Virus record (IMG/VR): IMGVR_UViG_3300025530_000411
Origin: a virus
Lineage: Duplodnaviria; Heunggongvirae; Uroviricota; Caudoviricetes
Reading direction: 5' to 3' (one strand)
Length of the DNA stretch: 49,342 bases
Positions 1-8,161 of the stretch are shown here, in pieces. Position 1 is the stretch's first letter, and each line of letters starts with the position of its first letter. The notes beneath the pieces are model-generated. The model searched no databases and was not told the DNA's origin. It saw only the letters and a program-made list of their open reading frames with translations. A program made the position numbers and the translations under genes.

Positions 1-680
1 CGGAATTGTTGTTTCACTTCGTCCCCCATAAGTTCGTTGATGTCTATATCCATTTTGAACGATTCAAAGTTCTGGACATCATACGCCAAGCTTGGGTCGA
101 AATGCACAATGCGCACCTTTTTCAGGTTGCTTTTATCCTTCATGTTGAAGGTGAAAGGGACGCGAAGCACGCGGTCCAGATTGAACGTGGAGTCCCCCTG
201 CACAGATTCGCTGAGGCCCTTGAGAATCCCCTTGATGTATGCCTTGCAATCGAGGTCCTTCACATGGTACGTTTCCTTCAACTTCCAATAGCAATGGTAT
301 CCATTGCCCGACATGATGACAAGCGTCGGTTTTTGTTCCATGTTCATGATGCTTTTGAAGTGTTCGTCCAGGGAAGTGTTGATCTGCTTTCCGTCCACGT
401 CTACCCATAGAAAGGGAACATCGACGATCAGACTTTCTTCCGCATGTTTGTCGACGCTTTCTCTGCGCGGGCAGACGCCGAAATAGCAGTTTTCATACAC
501 TCTGAGTTTCTCAATTCTGTTGGCTGCATACTTCAGCCACGAAGGGTCGAACAAGGAATACGATTTCACGCTCGGTATGCGGTTCGAACCCATGAACATC
601 AATTCCACATGTCCGCGTTGACCTTCAAACATGTATTGAAGAAATTGTTCCACGTTTTTAATGACGGCGCCGTTTTGCAA
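1..680 (-). CDS. AEP-superfamily (RepB-type) DNA primase, N-terminal part; runs off the left edge of the window
   Basis: Manual translation of the minus strand from TTG at 680 (RBS AAAGGTGGTG) is open to position 3. It gives MQNGAVIKNVEQFLQYMFEG...NCYFGVCPR...FLWVDVD...PTLVIMSGNGYHCYWKL...DRVLRVPFTFNMK, i.e. the DxD, SGxGxH and DxxRVLRxPxTxNxK primase motifs. It is absent from the ORF track because there is no stop in the window. Confidence 0.82.
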   Translation of the reverse strand, partial: MQNGAVIKNVEQFLQYMFEGQRGHVELMFMGSNRIPSVKSYSLFDPSWLKYAANRIEKLRVYENCYFGVCPRRESVDKHAEESLIVDVPFLWVDVDGKQINTSLDEHFKSIMNMEQKPTLVIMSGNGYHCYWKLKETYHVKDLDCKAYIKGILKGLSESVQGDSTFNLDRVLRVPFTFNMKDKSNLKKVRIVHFDPSLAYDVQNFESFKMDIDINELMGDEVKQQF

Positions 681-738
681 CGCTCGCACCACCTTTACAT
701 TTGGGTACTTTCCAACAAAAAATATAATATACGTTTTC

Positions 739-768
739 TTGACCAGTCAAGCAATTTCTTGCTATAAT
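739..768 (+). promoter_or_regulatory. sigma-A-type promoter for the 816 gene, overlapping back-to-back with the primase promoter
   Basis: TTGACC-N18-TATAAT on the + strand. The overlapping minus-strand TTGACT (750-745)-N18-TATATT points to the primase. Confidence 0.6.
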
Positions 769-815
769 TTTTATATAAGGCTCGTCCTAATATATATACA
801 TATCAAGGAAGGAGT

Positions 816-1289
816 ATGAACATGGATTTGAACACTGCACTTTCCCAACTTCGGAATATCTGCATCAACACGGGCAACCAACACGTGTATGACTCCGTCA
901 AAGAAACCTTGGACCGTTCCGCCGTCAAGAACGAAACCATCCAAGCAAGCAAGGTGGCGGAACTCATCGAATATGTGAAAACCAATTCCTCGTATTCTGG
1001 TCAAGAAATCAGTCAGATTATGAAAAGCCTCGGCGCGGAATTCTTCCGCATTACGGAAAACACCCCTGGACAAATTTCCTTCACATGCAAGATTAAACGC
1101 AAGGTGTACAATGTGAAGATCTTGCACCCGACATCCCGCTACGTACTCGGACAAGGACCGTGGAAAGTCACGCCGGCCGTGTACACAGACAGCGCCCAAA
1201 AGGAAGCAAGGAAGTTGCAGGAACTCCTTCTCGACAAATATCCGTATAAAAAAGTCGAAATCCAGACGGCAGACTACGTGTTGGTATGA
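816..1289 (+). CDS. hypothetical protein
   Basis: 157 aa ORF with RBS AAGGAAGGAG, an upstream promoter and a downstream palindrome. No recognised motif. Confidence 0.6.
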   Translation: MNMDLNTALSQLRNICINTGNQHVYDSVKETLDRSAVKNETIQASKVAELIEYVKTNSSYSGQEISQIMKSLGAEFFRITENTPGQISFTCKIKRKVYNVKILHPTSRYVLGQGPWKVTPAVYTDSAQKEARKLQELLLDKYPYKKVEIQTADYVLV

Positions 1290-1299
1290 TATTCCTCTC

Positions 1300-1345
1300 C
1301 ATACTTGAAGGCAGGAATGCTTAAGCATTCCTGCCTTCAAGTATG
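1300..1345. repeat. perfect 46-bp palindrome between convergent genes (bidirectional terminator candidate)
   Basis: CATACTTGAAGGCAGGAATGCTT|AAGCATTCCTGCCTTCAAGTATG. The stop codon of the MecA-like gene lies at its centre. Confidence 0.85.
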
Positions 1346-1998
1346 TCGACCATTTTGGGGATATCGTTTGTGATGAATTTGCCATATTCTTCCAGGTATT
1401 CTGCCGTAATTCCCGACTGTAGCGTTGCATATTCTGCGAAGATGGAAAGAAGATCTTCCACGATGTTCGGATCTTGATCTCCTATTTCTTCGACGAGAGC
1501 GATGTACTTCCCATTGAGGTGGAACAGGCGACATGCGCAAAAGTCGAAAGCTTTGGTGTTGTTCTGCATGCGGATGATGTCTTCCACGTCGGAGAAGGTA
1601 TACACCGCATAATCCGCAGGAATGACGTCGAGTGCAATTTCTCCTTGTTCGACGTGTCCTTCATCGTAGTAATCTTCCACCACGTCTTCGTCTTCGTCGG
1701 TATCTTCGTCTTCTTCTATATCCGCGCCACAGCTCAGGTACTTTACAAGAGCCATGACGTTCGGTTCAGACTTGTCTTTTTCTTCGCAAATGGTGACTTG
1801 AAATTCCGTGGGTTGTGCGGCAAGGTCGTATTTCCTTACCACCACATCTATGGCATAAGTCGCCAGACGTTGCGTGGCTTCCACACTTTTGCGCACCTGA
1901 TTCGCATTTACTCCAACGCTTTCCAGAAGGCTAGCCTGGTCGAATATGCAGACGAATTCGTTTTCGTTTTTCCTGATGATTTGAACCACGAATAACAC
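1321..1998 (-). CDS. mecA: MecA-like ClpC adaptor protein (start may be GTG at 1989)
   Basis: N-terminus VQIIRKNENEF, acidic linker, and a C-terminal domain YTFSDVEDII...RLFHLNGKY...LLSIFAEYA...EYLEEYGKFI matching the MecA C-terminal pattern (F.DFEDVI, LY...G.YY, L.EYGK.I). Confidence 0.72.
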   Translation of the reverse strand: MLFVVQIIRKNENEFVCIFDQASLLESVGVNANQVRKSVEATQRLATYAIDVVVRKYDLAAQPTEFQVTICEEKDKSEPNVMALVKYLSCGADIEEDEDTDEDEDVVEDYYDEGHVEQGEIALDVIPADYAVYTFSDVEDIIRMQNNTKAFDFCACRLFHLNGKYIALVEEIGDQDPNIVEDLLSIFAEYATLQSGITAEYLEEYGKFITNDIPKMVDILEGRNA

Positions 1999-2118
1999 CG
2001 CCTTCCGTGCCTGTGTAGACGAAACGGAAACTTTAACGTTCCGTTACGAAAATTTTAATATGAAAAAGTATGAAAAGTCAATACATTGAACCGAATGCAG
2101 ATCGGTCCTATTATTTAA

Positions 2119-2148
2119 TTGACAATGCAACTGCATACATGATATAAT
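2119..2148 (+). promoter_or_regulatory. sigma-A-type promoter of parM
   Basis: TTGACA-N18-TATAAT with an extended -10 TG. Confidence 0.7.
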
Positions 2149-2252
2149 CTGACATGAAGGTCAAAGTCTTGCAAACAGCCATAGTACCGTGCAGACGACC
2201 GTACAGACAAGGGTGCTGGGTTTCCCAGACTGCAAAATGGGAGGTTGGATAG

Positions 2253-3305
2253 ATGTCACTGAAGGTTTCCGTAGACGCGGGGTACGGCTTTACCAAAGTC
2301 ATCTCCAGCAAAGGAAAGCAAGCCGTTTTCCCAAGTCTCGTCGGATACGGACGAGACAGGCTCAATCTGCTGAGCGAGAAAGATGGCAAGGAAAACCTGG
2401 AGAACCTCCAGGTAGTCATTCGGGATGGCGGCGAAACTTACAACTACTTCATCGGCGAACTTGCCAAACGCGAGAGCGAGAACGCAACCTACATCATGGG
2501 GACCGACCGGCTGGCGGACCACCGGGCGAAGGCTTTGGTGCTGACGGCTGTGGCTGTAGTCATGGGGGATCACAACGACTCCGTCGAAGAACTCGCATTG
2601 GGTCTGCCCCTCCAATACTACAGCAAGCATCGGGGAGAACTGCAGAAAGCTTTCGAACAAACGAAGGCAGAGATCTCCTTCGTCTCCGGCGGATTCGTTC
2701 CGAAAACCATCGAATTCAACAGGGTGAGCGTTTACCCGCAAGCGGCCGGCGCTCTTTGGGCGCAACTTTTCAACGACAAGGGTGAATTTCGGAATCCGAA
2801 GCTTTCGGGTCTTGTTGGACTCATTGATATCGGGTTCAAGACGACGGATTTCATCGTTATCGACCTCAACGACGGAATGCGGCTCCGTTCGGAACTGTCT
2901 GGTACGATCGAACAAGGCATGCGGCAGGTCATCGAAAATTCGCAACGTTGGTTCGAACTGCAGGTCGGCAATTCCGTGGATCCCAACGAATTCGAACACG
3001 CCATGCTGAAGGGCGACTGCCAATTCACCTACAGCCAATACATCGGCGGGCAGCGCATCCGCAAGGAATACAACCTCAGGCCGATCTACGACAAATTCAA
3101 AGCCGAACTTGCAACGACGATCAAGGAACGTGTGCGGCAGAAGTGGGGTTCGCGTATCAACTTTTTCCACATGGTGTTCCTTGCGGGCGGCGGCGCGATG
3201 GCACTGCACAAATACTTTGACGATTTCGAACTCGAAAGCAAGCTGTGCAACACGCCGCAAATGTCGAATGCGAAGGGATTTCTCCTTATGTCCAGCATCA
3301 ATTGA
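2253..3305 (+). CDS. parM: ParM/StbA-family actin-like segregation ATPase
   Basis: VDAGYGFTK (phosphate 1), VYPQAAGA, LIDIGFKTTD (phosphate 2) and FLAGGGA (adenosine) motifs; 350 aa. Confidence 0.9.
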   Translation: MSLKVSVDAGYGFTKVISSKGKQAVFPSLVGYGRDRLNLLSEKDGKENLENLQVVIRDGGETYNYFIGELAKRESENATYIMGTDRLADHRAKALVLTAVAVVMGDHNDSVEELALGLPLQYYSKHRGELQKAFEQTKAEISFVSGGFVPKTIEFNRVSVYPQAAGALWAQLFNDKGEFRNPKLSGLVGLIDIGFKTTDFIVIDLNDGMRLRSELSGTIEQGMRQVIENSQRWFELQVGNSVDPNEFEHAMLKGDCQFTYSQYIGGQRIRKEYNLRPIYDKFKAELATTIKERVRQKWGSRINFFHMVFLAGGGAMALHKYFDDFELESKLCNTPQMSNAKGFLLMSSIN

Positions 3306-3321
3306 TGCAGGACGATATACG

Positions 3322-3356
3322 AAGGGGATGTGTACATACAGTTCACATCCCCTTTT
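3322..3356 (+). terminator. intrinsic terminator after parM
   Basis: AAGGGGATGTG...CACATCCCCTT stem followed by T residues. Confidence 0.7.
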
Positions 3357-3416
3357 ATCATTTTTGGCAATATACATACAATCCGTCTTGTTAACAAAGA
3401 CTTTTATTGGAAAGTC

Positions 3417-3446
3417 TTGACAAAATACCCAACCATATGGTAGAAT
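3417..3446 (+). promoter_or_regulatory. sigma-A-type promoter
   Basis: TTGACA-N18-TAGAAT with TG extension. Confidence 0.65.
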
Positions 3447-3493
3447 CAAAATATGGATTTGTGAATATTATGTGTAGTGTAAGGAGTGGTTGG

Positions 3494-4537
3494 ATGTATA
3501 TTGTCAGACAAGTTCAAGGGCAGGAAGGGATCGTGAATGCATTTACCTTCATGCCCAGAGGTTCTCTGTTGAAGGAGTGCGCGGATTTTATCACCGTACA
3601 CTGCCGGATGTCAGAATTCATCGATGTGCCAAGCGGTCGCATGAACATGGTGGTAGAGCTTGGCGCACCGGGATTCCGCAGGTACACGGGACAACCGTCC
3701 TTCATGTTGGGACTTGTTTCCACTGCGGACGGAATTCGGTTGCATTATCCGGAATCCCATGCCGGAATGTCGGATGCAGATTTCCGCAAAATGGTCGGAC
3801 TGGATGACGACCGCGAGTGGGACGAATTCCGTTCCGAACTTGCGGAAGATGTGTTCGCAGCTTGCGAACAGATGGGCTTCGCCAACAAGAACTTCCGTAT
3901 TCGCGTCATCTATGTTCGCGGAGAACCACGGAAGATTCGGTTCCGTCCGAAATCGATGATTGCGGACTATCTGATGGAGGTCGGGATCGACCTCGACCTA
4001 TCCGGGTTCATCGATTTGGAAAACCGGCCCAAGAAGAAGGGCAAGGACAACGAACCCATCGAAGTCTATCTGGCACAACTCCGCAAGGAACTCCGCGCAA
4101 AAGGGTGGTCCGAAGCGGAAATCGAAGCGGAAGTGGAAAGACAGTCCACGGTTGCCCAGTTCGACATCATGCTCAGCCTGTACTACACGACATGCGGTCA
4201 ATTCTTCCCGCTCGCAATGTACACTTCAGCCAGCGGGGGAGTAAAGTTTTGGAATGGCACGGAATCGAACAGATACCAACAAGATCTGGTGGGGATCGTC
4301 AGGGTGCCGCCCGAAAAACTCAAGGACTTCATGGAGAACCTGCATGGGGAAGTGTTGGCGGTTCTCCATGAAATGGGGATCAAATACTTGTCCAATTCGG
4401 TGTTTGATCTCGGTCTCGATGAACCTTGGGCAGATTCCGTCCGGGACATCGACATGGAGACAATCAGCAAACTCCGGAAAAAACCGACCAAACCGACCAA
4501 ACCGACCAAAAAGACCTCCAAAAAAGTCGCTGTCTGA
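3494..4537 (+). CDS. hypothetical protein with an apparent internal duplication and a Lys-rich tail
   Basis: RBS TAAGGAG before ATG 3494 (in frame with ORF 3407..4537). C-terminal KKPTKPTKPTKKTSKK is encoded by AAACCGACC x3 (4481-4507). Confidence 0.7.
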   Translation: MYIVRQVQGQEGIVNAFTFMPRGSLLKECADFITVHCRMSEFIDVPSGRMNMVVELGAPGFRRYTGQPSFMLGLVSTADGIRLHYPESHAGMSDADFRKMVGLDDDREWDEFRSELAEDVFAACEQMGFANKNFRIRVIYVRGEPRKIRFRPKSMIADYLMEVGIDLDLSGFIDLENRPKKKGKDNEPIEVYLAQLRKELRAKGWSEAEIEAEVERQSTVAQFDIMLSLYYTTCGQFFPLAMYTSASGGVKFWNGTESNRYQQDLVGIVRVPPEKLKDFMENLHGEVLAVLHEMGIKYLSNSVFDLGLDEPWADSVRDIDMETISKLRKKPTKPTKPTKKTSKKVAV

Positions 4538-4547
4538 TCTGCAAACC

Positions 4548-4569
4548 GAGACTGCCAATAGGCAGTCTC
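4548..4569 (+). terminator. hairpin/terminator
   Basis: GAGACTGCC-AATA-GGCAGTCTC directly after the stop codon. Confidence 0.55.
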
Positions 4570-4678
4570 ATTGCTTTTGAAGATAATCCGACGACTTTGC
4601 GACAAAGAATTTGATTGACCAAACGAAACTTTTCATGTTAGAATGTTGATAGAAAAACGATGCAAAGGAGATTGCGCC

Positions 4679-5026
4679 ATGTCGAAGAAACTCAAGAAGA
4701 TCGAAAAGGAAACCCACGTCCATTTCAATGAATACAGCCTGACCGCAACGATCACTACATACAATCCCAAGTGGATCAATCGGCTCAAGAAATACGGCAT
4801 CGAACCCGTGGAAGTGGACGAAACGGGCATGCACGTGTTCGAAGGGATTCCGGCCCACTGGATGATTCCGAAAAGGCCGCCGGCCCGCAGCGAGAAGCAG
4901 AAGGAAACCTCCAGGACAAACATTCAGAAACTGCTCGAAAGGAATGCGGCCGCGAGCGGTTCTGCAGATGCCGATGCAGACGACTCGGACAACGCAGACG
5001 TCAACTTCGACGACGATGCATATTGA
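4679..5026 (+). CDS. conserved hypothetical protein of Firmicute mobile elements (inferred)
   Basis: RBS AAAGGAG and promoter TTGACC-N18-TAGAAT upstream. Pattern KETHVHFNE...TYNPKW...PAHW...PP..SEKQK, with an acidic tail. Confidence 0.7.
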   Translation: MSKKLKKIEKETHVHFNEYSLTATITTYNPKWINRLKKYGIEPVEVDETGMHVFEGIPAHWMIPKRPPARSEKQKETSRTNIQKLLERNAAASGSADADADDSDNADVNFDDDAY

Positions 5027-5043
5027 ACCGCATGGACACGAAA

Positions 5044-5069
5044 AAGGCCAACCGTAATCGGTTGGCCTT
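5044..5069. terminator. bidirectional terminator
   Basis: AAGGCCAACCG-TAAT-CGGTTGGCCTT between convergent genes. Confidence 0.7.
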
Positions 5070-5088
5070 CTGCATATGCGGCTGTATA

Positions 5089-5469
5089 TTACCGGAGAAC
5101 CTGCTTGACGTGGGAAAACGTCCGTTGCCAGATGCCGATGCTTCCGCCGTCGATCTTCTTGACGTATTCCCAAATCCAATCCCGCACGGCCACCTTTTGG
5201 ACGGGAAGCAGGACATCCGATTTGGTCGTGCCGATAACGAGCGACGCAAGGTCGAGATTGCCGTTTGCGTCGAAATTCAGGAACGAAGCCGTGATCGAAT
5301 TGATCGAATGGATCTTTTTGCCGTAGTAGTTCCAATCGATGCTGATGACCACGAATTGGCTTCCTTCCAGCTTCACCCCTTCCGGAGGATTGGCAAGGAA
5401 CATCCGAAGATCTTCGGAAATGATTCCTTCTTCATTGAGGACGAGATTGGTCGGTTCCATGGACACCAT
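5089..5469 (-). CDS. hypothetical protein
   Basis: RBS GGAGGTG 8 nt before ATG; 126 aa; ends near a terminator. Confidence 0.65.
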   Translation of the reverse strand: MVSMEPTNLVLNEEGIISEDLRMFLANPPEGVKLEGSQFVVISIDWNYYGKKIHSINSITASFLNFDANGNLDLASLVIGTTKSDVLLPVQKVAVRDWIWEYVKKIDGGSIGIWQRTFSHVKQVLR

Positions 5470-5711
5470 TACAAATACACCTCCGATAATTTCCAGACAA
5501 GAATATACAGCACAATCTGCATTGCAGTATGTGCCACACCACCATTATAACAAACTCCCGAAATTCGTACAATATATACATATTCGCATACCGTGCAAAT
5601 GCACTTTGCAGAAAATACAAATGCGCGTACTGCACATGCATATTTTGGTTGACCGGATGGGTTCAGTCGTGGTTTAATCTATGAAGAACGGTATAACGTG
5701 GTTGAACTCAG

Positions 5712-6209
5712 ATGAACTACGTTCAACTCCGTCTTACAGATATGTATTCGGAGGAGGAAATCACAGTGTCCTACGAATTTATTGGTGCAAAACTGTTTCC
5801 CGACAGATATGAACGTGACCGAATCATCTGGGATTACATAAAGCAACGCAACAAGACGGAAGTGCTGAAAGAGGCCCTGTATAGAATGGCAATTGCCGAA
5901 ACTGTGGCGGTATCTGCAAACAAAGATATTTTACAACAGATCGCGGTGTTGCTTTCTACGCAACAAGTGCAGGCACCGAATGTACCGAATGCACATGTAG
6001 GACCGCAGATCACTCACATTCCTGCAACGTCTGACCACCATATGGGTACAGACGTTTCGGATGTGGGTTCCGACGCAGTTCCGAATGATTCGGAATTCAG
6101 CTTGGAATCTCTGGAGACGACATCCGACAAACAACCCGAATTCAAACAGCCCAACGTGAAGGCATTGAGAGACAACTTTTTGTCCAGCCTTTCCAACGTA
6201 AAATTCTAA
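5712..6209 (+). CDS. putative ParR-like (ribbon-helix-helix) centromere-binding adaptor
   Basis: N-terminal strand plus two helices (RDRIIWDYIKQRNKTEVLKEALY), a low-complexity linker and an amphipathic C-terminal helix (VKALRDNFLSSLSNVKF), the typical ParR layout. Upstream TTGACC-N18-TTTAAT. Function inferred. Confidence 0.45.
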   Translation: MNYVQLRLTDMYSEEEITVSYEFIGAKLFPDRYERDRIIWDYIKQRNKTEVLKEALYRMAIAETVAVSANKDILQQIAVLLSTQQVQAPNVPNAHVGPQITHIPATSDHHMGTDVSDVGSDAVPNDSEFSLESLETTSDKQPEFKQPNVKALRDNFLSSLSNVKF

Positions 6210-6394
6210 AAGTGAACGTCAGTATTGCCCATCACCATGTTTCTGTATATTTTCGGAAAAGATTTCAGGCTTGACAGTCCATACGCGGTCGTGTTATACT
6301 TTGGGAAAAGGCTACCGACTAGTATGCAACAATTTGCCTGAAAATCCTTTGTGTTTATGGTGTGACGGAGATATGCGTGAAGGGGTAAGATGTT

Positions 6395-7360
6395 ATGAAA
6401 CTTTTGTCTGGGAAGGAAGTTAAACATATACTGCAAAGCTTGACGCCCAACAAACAGAAAGCACTGCAGACGTGGCTGGACATGGAACTCGGCTTTCTCA
6501 GCCAAAAGTTTCCGCATGTGCCTGCATTTCAGCAGAAAAAGGTTGGACTTGCGGATTACACGGATGCAGACGGCGTGTGCAGCCACTGCAAAAATTACAA
6601 TATGAGATACATGCTGTATTTGGAAGACATAAGGAGCGGAGATCGCGAAGACATATCGTTTTCCCGGCAATGTATCACGGAATATTTTGACGTATCGGAA
6701 GATGAAGCGAATGCTATATATGTCAGTGTTCGGGAAAAGATAAAGATGCGGGATGAGATACTCGTATGGCTCCGCAATAACAACTTTGCCGACATGAAAT
6801 ATCCTCCCAATCTGAGAGTAAACGCCAAACTGGACGTTCTCATAATGGCGAAGCTTCCCGTCCCACGAGAATATGCGCTCGACATCCGCATAGAATCGGA
6901 AAAGCTGCGAATCATACAAGAAAAAACGGAATACTACGTGAAGTATCGAAAATACATTAGGTATGTGCGCCTATCTCTCAGGCTACAGCCAAGGAATCCG
7001 TTTCTTCTTTCCATACAAGATCGAATGAAAAGAAACATTCCTCTGACTTCCGGAATTATCGAAGCATTGGAAAAAGGGATGCAAGGGGACTGGGAAAAAC
7101 GTCTCCTGGATGCGATAGAAAACATGGAAAGCAATGCAGACATTATGAAGGAGCATGAAAGAAGGCTCAACAAGCTTCTCTTATGTAAAAGCGGACTTAC
7201 CAGAAAGACCATTCTTTCCCTTCGCAACCAATTGCGGAAGGGCAAGCCCCTGTCAGACAAACAGGTGGCTACACTCGAAAAATGGGAACAAAGATTTGCT
7301 GACCAACTCAATGAGTTGGACGGCAAAGACGATCTTCTCGACAAATTTATATTGGCATGA
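6395..7360 (+). CDS. hypothetical protein with a Cys/His (possible Zn-binding) N-terminal region
   Basis: 321 aa; GVCSHCK...RQC; promoter TTGACA-N18-TATACT upstream; followed by a terminator. Confidence 0.65.
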   Translation: MKLLSGKEVKHILQSLTPNKQKALQTWLDMELGFLSQKFPHVPAFQQKKVGLADYTDADGVCSHCKNYNMRYMLYLEDIRSGDREDISFSRQCITEYFDVSEDEANAIYVSVREKIKMRDEILVWLRNNNFADMKYPPNLRVNAKLDVLIMAKLPVPREYALDIRIESEKLRIIQEKTEYYVKYRKYIRYVRLSLRLQPRNPFLLSIQDRMKRNIPLTSGIIEALEKGMQGDWEKRLLDAIENMESNADIMKEHERRLNKLLLCKSGLTRKTILSLRNQLRKGKPLSDKQVATLEKWEQRFADQLNELDGKDDLLDKFILA

Positions 7361-7393
7361 AGAAGGCCAGTGCAATTTTCGCACTGGCCTTCT
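7361..7393. terminator. bidirectional terminator
   Basis: AGAAGGCCAGTGC...GCACTGGCCTTCT between convergent genes. Confidence 0.75.
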
Positions 7394-7409
7394 GTGTGTT
7401 TCGGTCCGG

Positions 7410-7802
7410 TCAGTTCGAGTCGGATTCGGTTCCTTCCACCAGATACCTGACCTTGCCGTTCTGTTCTTGCGGCTTGAACCGGACGTTCTGAATCATCTTG
7501 TTCAGGCTGGTGCCGACGCCGAAGTACACGTAGTTGTGCGGGGGACGCGTGACCATTTTCTTGCGGTGCATGTCCCAGGACGGACGTTCGGGACGGTGGC
7601 GGACTTCCAGGCTCCCGAATTTGATGAAGTTCACGCGCCGACCTTGTGCCAGAGCTTCCGCAACGGTGTGAATGAGACCGTTGTAAGCCGTGTCCGCTTG
7701 CTTCCGGCTCAGTTCCACCCCTTCGGCCCGAGCGTATGTAAGGATGCCGTCCAGAATCTCCTGCTTGAACATTTGGCTTCTCACATCATCTTGTTGCGAC
7801 AT
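7410..7802 (-). CDS. hup: HU/IHF-family DNA-binding protein
   Basis: LSRKQADTAY...VAEALAQGRRVNFIKFGSLEVRHRPER...YFGVGTSLNKMI matches the HU fold pattern (V...FG.F....R..R). Confidence 0.85.
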   Translation of the reverse strand: MSQQDDVRSQMFKQEILDGILTYARAEGVELSRKQADTAYNGLIHTVAEALAQGRRVNFIKFGSLEVRHRPERPSWDMHRKKMVTRPPHNYVYFGVGTSLNKMIQNVRFKPQEQNGKVRYLVEGTESDSN

Positions 7803-7968
7803 GGGTTTTTCCTCCTGTCCGTTTTCAGATATGATTGCTCTAGAATAATTTAATCATATCTTGTACACAAAGGTCAAGTACATTATTGATGCCGTGACCA
7901 GTGCTGACATCTTCAGTTTATCATACGGGTAGGCACTTTGTCAATAAATAGGTGGATTCCAGACCAAA

Positions 7969-8081
7969 TGACGAAAACAATTCACAAAACCATATGCTCC
8001 GAAATTCATCTGAACAACACATGAAGAATCACAATTCGACAAAATCCGATATGATCCGATAAAATTCGATAAAGATCGACA
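7969..8081. promoter_or_regulatory. array of Spo0A-box-like heptamers, five of them in 10-bp phase
   Basis: TGACGAA at 7969 (perfect TGNCGAA). On the reverse orientation: TTCGACA 8035 (perfect), TCCGATA 8045, TCCGATA 8055, TTCGATA 8065, ATCGACA 8075. The repeat is directly seen; Spo0A as the binder is inferred. Confidence 0.6.
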
Positions 8082-8161
8082 AGAAAATAGGAATAATACA
8101 AACTGTATTTTGCATAAAATTATAATAGGAGACATCTTAGAATAACAAGGAGGAAAGGAAC

